Source of the DNA: Ranitomeya imitator
Lineage: Eukaryota
Direction of reading: 5' to 3'
Assembly (NCBI RefSeq): GCF_032444005.1
Contig: NC_091288.1
Coordinates: forward strand, 18,042,001-18,106,000
DNA: 64,000 nt
A program made the translations under genes and the position numbers. Below the pieces are notes generated by a model. The model worked only from the letters and a program-made list of their open reading frames with translations, was not told where the DNA came from and ran no database searches. Shown here piece after piece: positions 1-12,829 of this stretch. Positions within the stretch are counted from its first letter, which is position 1. Each line of letters opens with the position of its first letter.

Positions 1-248
1 ATGTCAAGAACTTGAGTCTTAAGGACTTCTGGGTAGTCCCCATTGATAAGAATTGGATGGGCAAACCACCCGATCATGAACTGGAGATATCGCTCAGCAG
101 CGCTCACGTCATCTGGATTATTGGGATTTTTTGGTTCTGCCCAGTCTGAATTCAGAGAGATTCCCACCTGACCTTTCTGCGACGCTCGGTACTTGTCATT
201 GTACACATGCCAGGCCTTAGCGTGAGCTTTCACAATGTTATGTGACAC
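1..248 (-). CDS. lct: lct-A exon 7 (partial), domain II
   Basis: Acceptor ttatag|GTGTCACAT; [21 protein letters not shown]...[17 protein letters not shown]. Confidence 0.95.
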   Translation of the reverse strand, partial: MSHNIVKAHAKAWHVYNDKYRASQKGQVGISLNSDWAEPKNPNNPDDVSAAERYLQFMIGWFAHPILINGDYPEVLKTQVLD

Positions 249-3200
249 CTATAAGATATAACGTAGGAGACTGTGTTAGAGAAATATCTATCCTCATAAC
301 CTCCATGGTGTGAGAACAGTCTGCAAGGATCTAATTATTATTGTGAATCTGCAGTTCTATTATTCTGCACGACCATAGTAACCTGGAGAGATAGCGAGAC
401 CCCGTACATCAGCTGGTAATAAGAATTTCCATCGTCTCTCTTCAACTCATAAAAAGTTAGTGCTAAACTCTAATTATGCAACCAAATGACTTTCCATATT
501 ATTTTGCAATTAATTTATAAGAATATTTAAGGAATTAAATATTTTCTATGATTTTAATTTCCTCTTTATACCTTGAAGGAGGCATTTCCTGGATCTCTGA
601 TCCCGGGTGCATGTTCTCCGGTGCCGTAACCAGCGTAACTAACGACCCAAGGTTCATGGAACGTTATCCATTGTTGAACTCTATCTCCAAAATTCTTGAA
701 GCAAAAATCTGCATATTCCATAAATGCCTCGATGGTGGAGTCATGCTGCCAGCCCCCGGACTCCTGCAGAGCTTGGGGTAGATCCCAGTGATATAAAGTT
801 ACTATCGGTTTAATATTTTCTTTGATTAACCTGTCGATTAATTTGTTGTAATATTTCACGCCGGCGGAATTGATTTTGGATTTCAGTCCCGTTGGGAATA
901 TTCTGGACCAGGAGATGGAGAAGTGATAGACCTTAGACTGTAGACCCTTCAGAAGATATAGGTCATAGTCAATCTTATTGTAGCTATCACAGGCCACATT
1001 TGCGGTTGCATTGTTATCAGCTTGGCCATTTTGTCCAAAAACATCCCATATGGATTGTCCTTTATCCCCTGCGGTCCAGCCCCCTTCTACTTTGAAGGCT
1101 GAAGATGAAGAGCCCATGAGGAAACCTTCAGGGAATGTATCGTGTAGGAAGATGTCTCTCTCTGCTGGAGTCTGGGTGGCAAATTTATTCCATACTGTGG
1201 TGAATGCTGAACGGGATGTTCCTGTCGAATACTTGAGACTAAAATAGTGAAAAATAAGTTATTTAGAGGGTTCTCATCGGAAGTGTAAATGATAGCATAC
1301 ACTAGTAAATCATAGTTTGGCATTTATGGTATGTTCTATATTGTTAAAGAGAAATTAACCTTTTTGTAATCACTTCTAGCCGCCATTTTGACAAAAGTGA
1401 CCACAGAGACTGCAGTCATATTGGCAGCCACCTAGGAATGTATTTCTCATTAACCGATAGACCTATCCTTCCTCCCATTGATTTACCCATTTATCGAGAA
1501 GAGTGGTATGAGTCAATGCATCATCAGGGTACATACGATCACGTTGACCAGTGCATGTTTCGGTTTCCTCAATTTCAGAATAACGTGGCTGAAAATATTT
1601 TTTTGCACTGACCTTTTTTCATTGGCATTTGACTGTGGCATAAATGGACTGACATCGTAACCTAAGAAATCTTCCCGAGAGCCGATCAATTCTGCAGAAA
1701 AACAAATAAATATGACATCATTTATTCGGTTCCCTTACATTGACGTCCCCATAGACCTACATAGTAGACAAAGTGGTCTAAGGTACGCCAATCTCTAGCA
1801 CTTACCGGTAAATATTTTACCACCTTTTTTGCTTCAAATATTTTTTTTCCCTATTTTCCACCTCTAAAACCTGGTGCGTCTTATAGACCGATGCGTCTTA
1901 TAGTCAGAAAAATACGGTATATTAAAACTTAAAGTGATGACTCTTCTGTGCTTTCTCTCTATATCCTCTGACCTCTTCGTCGTAGTATGTAGCTTTAATA
2001 GATGTGGGGATATCACTTAGTCACAGTCGCCCAGCTTCATACATACATACATACATACATACATGCTCTCCTCCCTAGATTTTCTTCTCTTCCTCTCTAA
2101 ATGAAATTTCCTGTTTTACTATGAATTTACAGTGCCAGATTTTGGAGGTCGGGAAGGTAAATTCTAGATTAATCCTTTTTTTTTTTTACAGCAAGAAAAT
2201 CATATTGTTTTTATTGTATCCTGAGCATTTTGTAGCAATGGCAGCAGAACTGCGAAGTCTGATCTGGTGGACTTCCCAACTCTTACTAAGGACGGTTTTA
2301 TAAATCTGTTTGGTTTTTTTTGTTCTCTTAGGCTATGTTCATACGTTGCGTTTTTGATTATTTTTTTTTTTTCCGCAGGCAAAACCTGCTTTCTTGGCAG
2401 TAAAAAAGTAACATAAAAAAGCAGGTTTTGCTGAGTGTTTGCAGCGTTTTTTTGCTGCGTTTTTGGTGAGTTTTTTTGCACTGCGTTTCTTGTCAGGGTA
2501 CGATTGTCTTTTGTGCATGCTGATAAAGTTTAGCGCTTAAAAATTAATCTGATTCAACTTCATCAGGTTTTGGCACCAAAAACGCAACAAAACTCGATTC
2601 CTGTGTTTTTTACACTAAAATGGGTGAAAAATGCTGCAAAAAAACGCTGAAAGAAGTGAAATGCTGCATTTTGCAAAAATGCAGCTCTTTGACAAAACAG
2701 TCAGAAAATAAAAAAACAATGTGTGTGCATGAGATTTCTGAAATCTTATAGACTTAGCTGGTATTGTGAAACACAGCTGAAAATTGACATAAAAAATTCA
2801 TTAAAAAATCTGCAAAAATGCAATGTGGAACATAGCCTAATGTAAAAAAAAAACAGTCTGTGTTTTTTTTTATGCCTGTTGGACCCTTTTTGGTCCATGA
2901 CTAAGTTTACACCCATTTTTCTCATATGAAAAAAAAAAACACTTTTGGCCTCTGCCCATTAAACAGTAAAATACGGGCAGCACTTGGATTACATTCTCAT
3001 ACTATCTTTTTTTATTTTTGGGGTCATTAACTTGCATTGGCGAGTCTGATCCACCACTCAGATCAAAGTGGAACATGTCTCTGTTCATTTTTTATTTTAT
3101 TTTTTTTTTTGCCGACAATCAATTTTCAAAAATGATACATGAGAAGGCACAATCAATGTAATGAACCATAAGCAAAAAATTAAGAATAGTGCATGTACCA

Positions 3201-6200
3201 AAAAAAAACAAAAAACGAGACATTTAAAAGAGGCTTAACTTGAAATGTATGTGAGCAAAAAGCTGGGAAATATAAAAAAAAAATAGTATGACTACTGGGT
3301 CAGACTACATAGGGTTTGTTTGTAGTCTGTTACCATGGAGACAGACCTAGGAGCTGAATGTAAAAAACAAAAGACATGTTTTTATGTATTTATTTTAGAT
3401 GCATTGTAGAAATAGGGGTGTAAAGTTGTACATATGTACCCTTGTATCAACACTACTTACCTTTAAGCAATGTAAAGGCAGAGAGATATTTATTTTCCTC
3501 ATTTATGGAGCTGCAGTCATTTAGTGCTAAGCTGAAAACCAACACGTCCAGACTGTTCTTGATGTTCTATAATAACAATAATAATTAACAATAATGATGG
3601 CAACTATTTATTATAATACTACAAAGAAAAATATAAAATGGCCAAGGGACACATGAGGAGTGTGATTGAAAAGAAGAATTAATATAGTAGTCACCAAAAC
3701 TCATGTAGGATAAATAGTGGGGAGTTATGCTGGCTATACTAAAGATACGGAATTATTACATTATTTGCTACATATAAAGTTTGGTTTATTCTTTTTAAAG
3801 GGGTTAAAAAAAAATCTGCCATTAATTAAGCTTATCACAGATTATCCCACTGCTGGATCCTCAGTGAACCTGTCAATGAATGTTCTGTTCTGCTGCAGTG
3901 CCCCCACAGGTGAAATGATGTATTGCGTGCTGCTAATTTAGAGCAATGGGCTCTCTGTGCAATACAATTATCTGCTGGGTCCTCCAGAGAGAGACGCTCT
4001 TTGTAATACTCTCTGATCAAGGTGATCAGTGATGGTGTCACATGAAGGATCCCCTCTATTAACCCATTATTCCTCGTAGTGAGAGATTTGAATGTAGGTT
4101 TTCCAAACAGACCCCCCCCCCCCCATTAAATTTTAAAAACGTACTATAACTGTAATGCTCCTTTTGAGATTACAACAAAAAAATAATTATATTGTTGTAG
4201 ATCATGATCTTGGACTCCCACAAACCCAAATGTGAAGGTCTCAGTACATTGTACATTTCTACAGGCTGTAACCTTTTATTGGCTTTTGATTCTGTATTTT
4301 GGTAGCCAGTATGTTTTTGGTAATGCGAAGTGTCTTCTCTTCTGCAGATCAATGTGGTTCTCTGGTCACAGACTACAAACAAGCTCAGATCCTTCAGGAA
4401 TTCTTGCTACTTCTTGTTAAGCTTGTAATTGTACAGTATGATATCAAGAAGCTCGGAGATAGAGAGAAGAGAGGATGGCTGCTGGATCAGACTACACTGG
4501 GGTTGTTTGTAGTCTGTTACCATGGAGACATATAGACCTGTCTAACATGTTACCATAGAGACACATGGACCTAACAGTCCTATGAACAAAAACTGAAGAT
4601 GCTTTTAAAAGAAGTGTATTTTATCATGATCTTCTTAACAAGGGCAATTTGGGCCCCAATGCAGATCTGTTATTAGGGCCCTTAATTATCAGAAATCATT
4701 TCATTAATTTCCTTATGAGTGACGTTTTGGGATTCTTCAGGCTACAGGGATCGGGTGAGGCGTCCCTTCTGGACCCTACATTGTACATAGATACCTTAGT
4801 TCCCATTGATCTGGGGAAAAAAAGACTTATATAGACTCTTCTGAAAAGCAAAGTTTGTTGAAGAAGCAAAGTCACCTGTCATCTTATTACCTGAATTGCG
4901 ATCCACTCTTGCAGCTGATCCGCGTTGCCGCAGTCAAATTTCAAGTTCAGAGCAAGAAAATCAACTGTTTCCTAAAAAATGCAGAATTGGTTAACCTGAT
5001 GGCGTCATTGTTCTATATGTCTAATGTTATATTTCATGTGCAAGGCCATATATACCCCCTTTCAGCTGATATGGGACTCAAGGGCACGTTTCACTTTGGT
5101 TTTTTTCCCAATTTTTGGGGGGCGGGTGAGAATCTGTACACAGATGTCCTCATATACAGCTATGTTTTAAAAAAGGGTACCAAGAATCTCCAGGTACACA
5201 GGGTACTGCGAAGACCCCATACACTTTAGAACAAATTCACGTCAGCCAAACCTGCTAATTTAGGGGGGACAGAGCCAGTATCTAATGTAATTAGGGGGCA
5301 TCCTGATTCATCATTGACAGATGAGTGGGAAGGATTGGGCATGTTGAAATTCACAGCCTAATCCTTTTGTTCTCAGGGCGGATAAGCCTCTGCCAGAGAT
5401 TCATGGCAGAGACTTACTCCGCTCTCAACATTGATATCACATGCCGCTTTAGCCTAGCGCCCATGATCACGGACTTAGCTTGCCGTCCTATAACACCTAC
5501 TCTGGCCTTGTGCACGGAGAATACCTGAAAGGTGTACATCCAAAAGGAAAACCATATTTACCAGGACTCGAGGGTGTATTGATAGAGATGTGCTCAGTGC
5601 TCCCGACCCCAGAGCAATGGATATCCGTCCACCTGATGATAAAAGCACAACATCGTGTATCATTGCATCACGACTTTCCCGACCTATCGATCATCATTGC
5701 ATTAGCAAAGACAGCTGTCAGCGGCTGTGGATATATCGACAATCATCAGTATCAGATCGGTGGAGGTCTGTCACCCGACAATCCACTGTTCAGCTGGAAT
5801 CAGGACAGCAAAGCGCCGCACACTGTGTAGTGGCCATTCCCAGGCACTGAAGATGGACTCCTATTGAAGTGAATGTGATCTGATCTGCAGTACCAGAGAA
5901 CGGCCACTACACAGCGTGGGGCGCTGTGCTGCTCAGACTCTGTTCATGGTAGGTCTCTTATTGAACAAGGTGCTGAAAGGGGCAAACATTGAAATCAATT
6001 ATTTTCTTTATAAGTATTTTGTCTTTGTTTCAGGGGAAACACTTTATACTGTGCTAATTAAGCTCTCTGTGGAGTTCATTATCCGTAACAATGTATCAGA
6101 CGTGTTCATCAATCTTCTTATCACTTTGAAATTAATTCCTTATCTATATAAGATATTGATTTGCACAAACAAGACTTATCTGGGTGCAGAGTTCAACAAT

Positions 6201-9200
6201 GTGATTCATTACCCCATGATAAAAAGCATGTCACCCTGCAGATCAGCGACAGCGTCCTGCATGTAATAAGTAATGAGAAAAACAGATTTATATAGGAAAT
6301 GTAACACGTGTCTATAGAGAAACTGCAGAAATCAGAGATTCCCTTAATCTGTAGGGACATTATATAAAGAGGTTGTCCAGGCATCTACAGAATAGGTCAT
6401 TAATAGCAGATTAGTGGGGATCTGACACCTGTATATCCCCCACCGATCACCTGTCATTTGCTCTGGCATGCAAACATAGGGGGCAGAATTATAGTAGTTA
6501 TATTCCTGTACATAGGGGCAGTATTATAGTAGTTATATTCTTGTACATAGGGGCAGTATTATAGTAGTTATATTCCTGTACATAGGAGCAGTATTATAGT
6601 AGTTATATTCTTGTACATAGGAGCAGTATTATAGTAGTTATATTCTTGTACATAGGGGCAGTATTATAGTAGATATATTCAGGACATAGGAGCAGTATTA
6701 TAGTAGTTATATTCTTGTACATAGGGGCAGTATTATAGTAGTTATATTCTTGTACATAGGGGCAGTATTATAGTAGTTATATTCTTGTACATAGGAGCAG
6801 TATAATAGTAGTTATATTCTTGTACATAGGAGCAGTATTATAGTAGTTATATTCTTGTACATATATGGAGTATTATAGTAGTTATATTCTTGTATATAGG
6901 GGGCAGTATTATATGTGTTATATTCTTGTACATAGGGGCAGTATTATAGTAGTTATATTCCTGTACATAGGAGCAGTATTATAGTAGTTATATTCTTGTA
7001 CATAGGGGCAATATTATAGTAGTTATATTCTTGTAAATAGGGTCAGTATTATAGTAGATATATTCTTGTACATATGGGCAGTATTATAGTAGTTATATTC
7101 TTGTACATAGGGAGCAGTATTATAGTAGTTATATTCTTGTACATAGGGGCAGTATTATAGTAGTTATATTCTTGTACATAGGAGGCAGTATTATCGTAGT
7201 TATATTCTTGTACATAGGAGGAGTATTATAGTAGTTATATTCTTGTACATAGGGGCAGTATTATAGTAGTTATATTCTTGTACATAGGAGCAGTATTATA
7301 GTAGATATACTCTTGTACATAGGGGCAGTATGATAGTAGTTATATTCTTGTACAAAGGAGGAGTATTATAGTAGATATATTCTTGTACATATGGGCAGTA
7401 TGATAGTAGTTATATTCTTGTACATAGGGAGCAGTATTATAGTAGTTATATTCTTGTACATAGGGGCAGTATTATAGTAGTTATATTCTTGTACATAGGA
7501 GCAGTATTATAGTAGATATACTCTTGTACATAGGGGCAGTATTATAGTAGTTATATTCTTGTACATAGGAGGCAGTATTATTGTAGTTATATTCTTGTAC
7601 ATAGGGGCAGTATTATAGTAGATATATTCTTGTACATATGGGCAGTATGATAGTAGTTATATTCTTGTACATAAGAGCAGTATTATAGTAGTTATATTCT
7701 TGTACATAGGGGCAGTATTATAGTAGTTATATTCTTGTACATAGGAGCAGTATTATAGTAGATATACTCTTGTACATAGGAGCAGTATTATAGTAGTTAT
7801 ATTCTTGTACATAGGAGGCAGTATTATTGTAGTTATATTCTTGTACATAGAGGGCAGTATTATAGTAGATATATTCTTGTACATATGGGCAGTATGATAG
7901 TAGTTATATTCTTGTACATAAGAGCAGTATTATAGTAGTTATATTCTTGTACATAGGGGCAATATTATAGTAGTTATATTCTTGTACATAGGGTCAGTAT
8001 TATAGTAGATATATTCTTGTACATATGGGCAGTATTATAGTAGTTATATTCTTGTACATAGGGAGCAGTATTATAGTAGTTATATTCTTGTACATAGGGG
8101 CAGTATTATAGTAGTTATATTCTTGTACATAGGGGCAGTATTATAGTAGTTATATTCTTGTACATAGGAGGCAGTATTATCGTAGTTATATTCTTGTACA
8201 TAGGAGGAGTATTATAGTAGTTATATTCTTGTACATAGGGGCAGTATTATAGTAGTTATATTCTTGTACATAGGAGCAGTATTATAGTAGTTATATTCTT
8301 GAACATAGGGGCAGTATTATAGTAGTTATATTCTTGTACATAGGAGCAGTATTATAGTAGATATACTCTTGTACATAGGGGCAGTATGATAGTAGTTATA
8401 TTCTTGTACAAAGGAGGAGTATTATAGTAGATATATTCTTGTACATATGGGCAGTATGATAGTAGTTATATTCTTGTACATAGGGAGCAGTATTATAGTA
8501 GTTATATTCTTGTACATAGGGGCAGTATTATAGTAGTTATATTCTTGTACATAGGAGCAGTATTATAGTAGATATACTCTTGTACATAGGGGCAGTATTA
8601 TAGTAGTTATATTCTTGTACATAGGAGGCAGTATTATTGTAGTTATATTCTTGTACATGGGGCAGTATTATAGTAGATATATTCTTGTACATATGGGCAG
8701 TATGATAGTAGTTATATTCTTGTACATAAGAGCAGTATTATAGTAGTTATATTCTTGTACATAGGGGCAGTATTATAGTAGTTATATTCTTGTACATAGG
8801 AGCAGTATTATAGTAGATATACTCTTGTACATAGGAGCAGTATTATAGTAGTTATATTCTTGTACATAGGAGGCAGTATTATTGTAGTTATATTCTTGTA
8901 CATAGAGGGCAGTATTATAGTAGATATATTCTTGTACATATGGGCAGTATGATAGTAGTTATATTCTTGTACATAAGAGCAGTATTATAGTAGTTATATT
9001 CTTGTACATAGGGGCAATATTATAGTAGTTATATTCTTGTACATAGGGTCAGTATTATAGTAGATATATTCTTGTACATATGGGCAGTATTATAGTAGTT
9101 ATATTCTTGTACATAGGGAGCAGTATTATAGTAGTTATATTCTTGTACATAGGGGCAGTATTATAGTAGTTATATTCTTGTACATAGGGGCAGTATTATA

Positions 9201-11018
9201 GTAGTTATATTCTTGTACATAGGAGGCAGTATTATCGTAGTTATATTCTTGTACATAGGAGGAGTATTATAGTAGTTATATTCTTGTACATAGGGGCAGT
9301 ATTATAGTAGTTATATTCTTGTACATAGGAGCAGTATTATAGTAGTTATATTCTTGTACATAGGGACAGTATTATAGTAGTTATATTCTTGTTCATAGGA
9401 GCAGTATTATAGTAGATATACTCTTGTACATAGGGGCAGTATGATAGTAGTTATATTCTTGTACAAAGGAGGAGTATTATAGTAGATATATTCTTGTACA
9501 TATGGGCAGTATGATAGTAGTTATATTCTTGTACATAGGGAGCAGTATTATAGTAGTTATATTCTTGTACATAGGGGCAGTATTATAGTAGTTATATTCT
9601 TGTACATAGGAGCAGTATTATAGTAGATATACTCTTGTACATAGGGGCAGTATTATAGTAGTTATATTCTTGTACATAGGAGGCAGTATTATTGTAGTTA
9701 TATTCTTGTACATGGGGCAGTATTATAGTAGATATATTCTTGTACATATGGGCAGTATGATAGTAGTTATATTCTTGTACATAAGAGCAGTATTATAGTA
9801 GTTATATTCTTGTACATAGGGGCAGTATTATAGTAGTTATATTCTTGTACATAGGAGCAGTATTATAGTAGATATACTCTTGTACATAGGAGCAGTATTA
9901 TAGTAGTTATATTCTTGTACATAGGAGGCAGTATTATTGTAGTTATATTCTTGTACATAGAGGGCAGTATTATAGTAGATATATTCTTGTACATATGGGC
10001 AGTATGATAGTAGTTATATTCTTGTACATAAGAGCAGTATTATAGTAGTTATATTCTTGTACATAGGGGCAGTATTATAGTAGTTATATTCTTGTACATA
10101 GGAGCAGTATTATAGTAGATATACTCTTGTACATAGGAGCAGTATTATAGTAGTTATATTCTTGTACATAGGAGCAGTATTATAGTAGTTATATTCTTGT
10201 ACATAGGGGCAGTATTATAGTAGTTATATTCTTGTACATAGGAGGCAGTATTATTGTAGTTATATTCTTGTACATAGGGGCAGTATTATAGTAGCTATAT
10301 TCTTGCTTTATATTGTTTTATCTTTACAATAATATGAATAGTCGGCTAAGCTGAAAATTTTTTAGATTTACTGATTATATTGTATTAATCATGAAATTCC
10401 AGTATTCAATCATTTTACATCTTCCAATTTACCTCCAGCAGAATATTTCTGGCGATACACCGTGCTCACTTTCTCATGGGCGTCCAGCAGAGTCTGTAGG
10501 GAGGTCACATCTGTGACATCTGCAGGAACATCAAATGTTATCCAGGTATGGACCAAATCCCCGAATGAATAGAATGCAAATTCAGCATATTCTGTATAGA
10601 CATCAATGGGGCTTTTGCCAGTCTGGGTGCCACCTGCAGACAGTCTGCTGCCATGTAAGATCACAATTGGATTAATGTTTGCTCCATTCAGTTCCTGCAG
10701 AAGGGTCCTGTAACACTGCAGCTGCCCCCCATTCCTCTCCAGGGCATTGTTCTTGATAGATGCAAAGTTTCTGGGTAGCTGGACCTTGTAGTGTGTGACG
10801 CCATACTTCTGCAGAGTGGAAATTTGGTCTTTCAAGGTATTAAACACCCTAGTATTACACCTAAATTCTCCTTCTGGCTCCACTTCATTAAGTGCTCCAT
10901 CCTTGTTGCTCTGCAATGGACCAGCAAGGGCTATGAAGTCTCCAAGAACTGCACTGTTGAGCCCATGATACATGGATGAGAGGAGAACCAGGAGGACCCC
11001 TCGCCAGGCTGGCCCCAT
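1..11018 (-). CDS. lct: Lactase-phlorizin hydrolase paralog A (distal copy), exons 1-7; 3' part lies beyond the left window edge
   Basis: Exons on minus strand: 11018-10433, 5632-5562, 4971-4891, 3566-3461, 1691-1613, 1238-572, 248-<1, all GT-AG with consistent phases (1,0,0,1,2,0). Signal peptide [17 protein letters not shown]1 domain I/II motifs [42 protein letters not shown]. Confidence 0.93.
572..1238 (-). CDS. lct: lct-A exon 6, domain II N-half
   Basis: ttttag|TCTCAAG ... TTCAAG|gtataa; 667 nt, phase 2->0; [17 protein letters not shown]...GNASFK. Confidence 0.95.
1613..1691 (-). CDS. lct: lct-A exon 5
   Basis: ctgcag|AATTG ... AAAAG|gtcagt; 79 nt, phase 1->2; [17 protein letters not shown]. 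Confidence 0.85.
2331..2837. mobile_element. PIF/Harbinger-like MITE
   Basis: TIRs ggctatgttc...gaacatagcc flanked by TTA/TAA; no coding capacity. Confidence 0.6.
3461..3566 (-). CDS. lct: lct-A exon 4
   Basis: ttatag|AACATC ... TTAAAG|gtaagt; 106 nt; [18 protein letters not shown]. Confidence 0.85.
4891..4971 (-). CDS. lct: lct-A exon 3
   Basis: ttttag|GAAACA ... ATTCAG|gtaata; 81 nt; [14 protein letters not shown], homologous to mammalian DTVDFLSLDLSYEC. Confidence 0.88.
5562..5632 (-). CDS. lct: lct-A exon 2
   Basis: catcag|GTGGAC ... GTCCTG|gtaaat; 71 nt, phase 1->0; GRISIAL, homologous to mammalian GKLSVVL and to lct-B exon 2. Confidence 0.8.
6475..10305. repeat. 35-bp minisatellite array (about 108 units) in lct-A intron 1
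   Basis: Unit ATAGGGGCAGTATTATAGTAGTTATATTCTTGTAC; period 35 (e.g. 8101 to 8136). Confidence 0.97.
10433..11018 (-). CDS. lct: lct-A exon 1 (signal peptide and domain I)
   Basis: ATG at 11018; donor GGAG|gtaaat; 586 nt; [10 protein letters not shown]...[13 protein letters not shown]. Confidence 0.92.
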
Positions 11019-11049
11019 TCTGGTCTCTGTATCCCCAAATGTACCTGTC

Positions 11050-11120
11050 AAGTCATTTATACATAGTTAAAGGCCATAAAATAGACACTTGACTTCTTAT
11101 CAGCCGTGCTGATAAAGACA
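11050..11120 (-). promoter_or_regulatory. lct-A proximal promoter: TATA box, CDX-type site, paired GATA sites
   Basis: TATAAAT (minus) at 11055-11061, 37 nt above the ATG; GGCCATAAAA at 11072-11081; TTATCA near 11098-11102 and TGATAA near 11110-11115. The mammalian LCT promoter uses CDX2/GATA/HNF1. Confidence 0.55.
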
Positions 11121-11754
11121 TTGCACAGAGATGATTAGCAGCAGGAGCATGGGGCGCCATTGTCATCGCCAGGAGTTCTAGAAACAGAGTCACTAATAGA
11201 GATTTCAAGCAAATCTAAGAGTTAAGAAAAAAAAAAACTCAGCTGCGTGTCACTTCCGTTTTTTGCTGACAAACACATAGGTCAAGGTCTTGTCTTTTCT
11301 CTATTCCTCTCTTTACCCCTATGTACATGCACTTCCGCTTCTTCTGCTCATGCATGACTTCCTTCTCAATGTCAAGAATGGACAATATTATTACAGTGAC
11401 CTCCGTCCCCGCCAGATACCTCTGGCACCGACTTATCTTCCCTAGAGAATAAAAGTACATTGCAGGAAACGACTTTCACATGTATGAAAGCCTTAAAGGG
11501 TTATGGCCCCCATGCACATTAGACTATTATTTGACGATCCTGCAAATATCAGTGAGCTCGGCCAACAGTCTAATGTATATAGGGGTCTACAGACTCTCCC
11601 CTGAAAGATGACATTGGGGTCATTAAGAATCTAAGATGTGCAATTTTGGACTTTCAATCCTTTGGTTCTCAGCGAGATAAGCCACTGTCATACATGGCTG
11701 GCAGCAGCTTTTTCCTGTGTACGAGAAAGCTTGACATTTTCATGCGTACTTTTG

Positions 11755-11765
<11 letters not shown>

Positions 11766-11824
<59 letters not shown>
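11766..11824. repeat. (CA)n microsatellite
   Basis: About 29 uninterrupted CA units. Confidence 0.95.
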
Positions 11825-11827
<3 letters not shown>

Positions 11828-12829
11828 CGTTCAAAAAAGAAAAGCACAGTTTTTTCCAATGAAGCTAACATTAAATGATTCAGAAATACACTCTTGTAAA
11901 GCTGCAGTAGCATCGTACGCAGTAAAGAAGCAGTGACCCACAAATTCAAACACAAAAGTCTCTTTTAATGTGTTTCTTCACAGCATTAAAGTCCAATTCA
12001 CATAAATGCATATAACTTCAGTGGATATTATCAGTGACCAGTTTACACGAGTTCAAAGCAATACATATCATATGGCTTTAGATTTGCGGTCCCTAAACAG
12101 GCCAGACTTCCCTTGTCCAGTTTCCCTGGGCGACCGCACGCCATCTCACAGTCTCTATACGTCTCCATACACACAGCCTCATATGTTGCAGACACTACAC
12201 ACGCCAGCCCTCTTCTGACTAGTTCTCGTGGGTGTCCTGCATCGCTGTATCACAGTCTCTTTACAGACTCTTTACTCACACAGTCGTACACAGTTCAGGA
12301 TATCCTCCAGATAGCAGCCGGGCACCATATCCACCTGTTTGCAATCGTTGCACATGCTAGTCCTCTTTTGGGTACAGGACATCCACCTCCGGGCACAGGA
12401 CTATCCACATCCGATTCCTTCGGGTACAGGACATCCACCTCCGGGCACAGGACTGTCCACATCCGAGACCAGTACCATGGACGACTTGCATCTCTGTGTA
12501 CGCTTTGGCTGCCAGGCTATTCAGCTGCCCTGGGTGCTGGCTCTGCTGGCCTCCATGCACTCTGCAGACCAGCACACGCCAGCCTGACACTGACATGCAC
12601 CTCGCACACCTGGCCTGACCTGGCCAGACACCTGACACACCCATACACCTTACTGCAGGGTTTTTAAACCTACACAAACCTGTGGCCTTCAGCCACCTGG
12701 AAAACCCGGACCGGAGATCCGTGACTCTCATGCACACCTATGGACTTCATCCGTCTGCATGCACATTCTGGGGAGAACAAACACCGCCCCCTAGCTGTAT
12801 CAGAGGCCACAGCCTCACACTCTATACAT

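Noticed and set aside
572-1218. lct-A as a false haplotig duplication of lct-B
   Set aside because: Exons 1-5 and all introns are deeply divergent and carry different TE insertions, so these are two real loci.
5418-5487. Candidate lct-A exon 2 containing a GKLS-like string
   Set aside because: Phase-incompatible with exon 3, and the GKLS frame hits a stop codon.
6475-10305. Regularly spaced repeats resembling a CRISPR array
   Set aside because: Units are contiguous with no unique spacers, and the context is a eukaryotic intron.
12113-12737. ORFs of 184 and 126 aa with a short internal duplication
   Set aside because: No recognisable domain or splice context; probably a decayed retroelement fragment.
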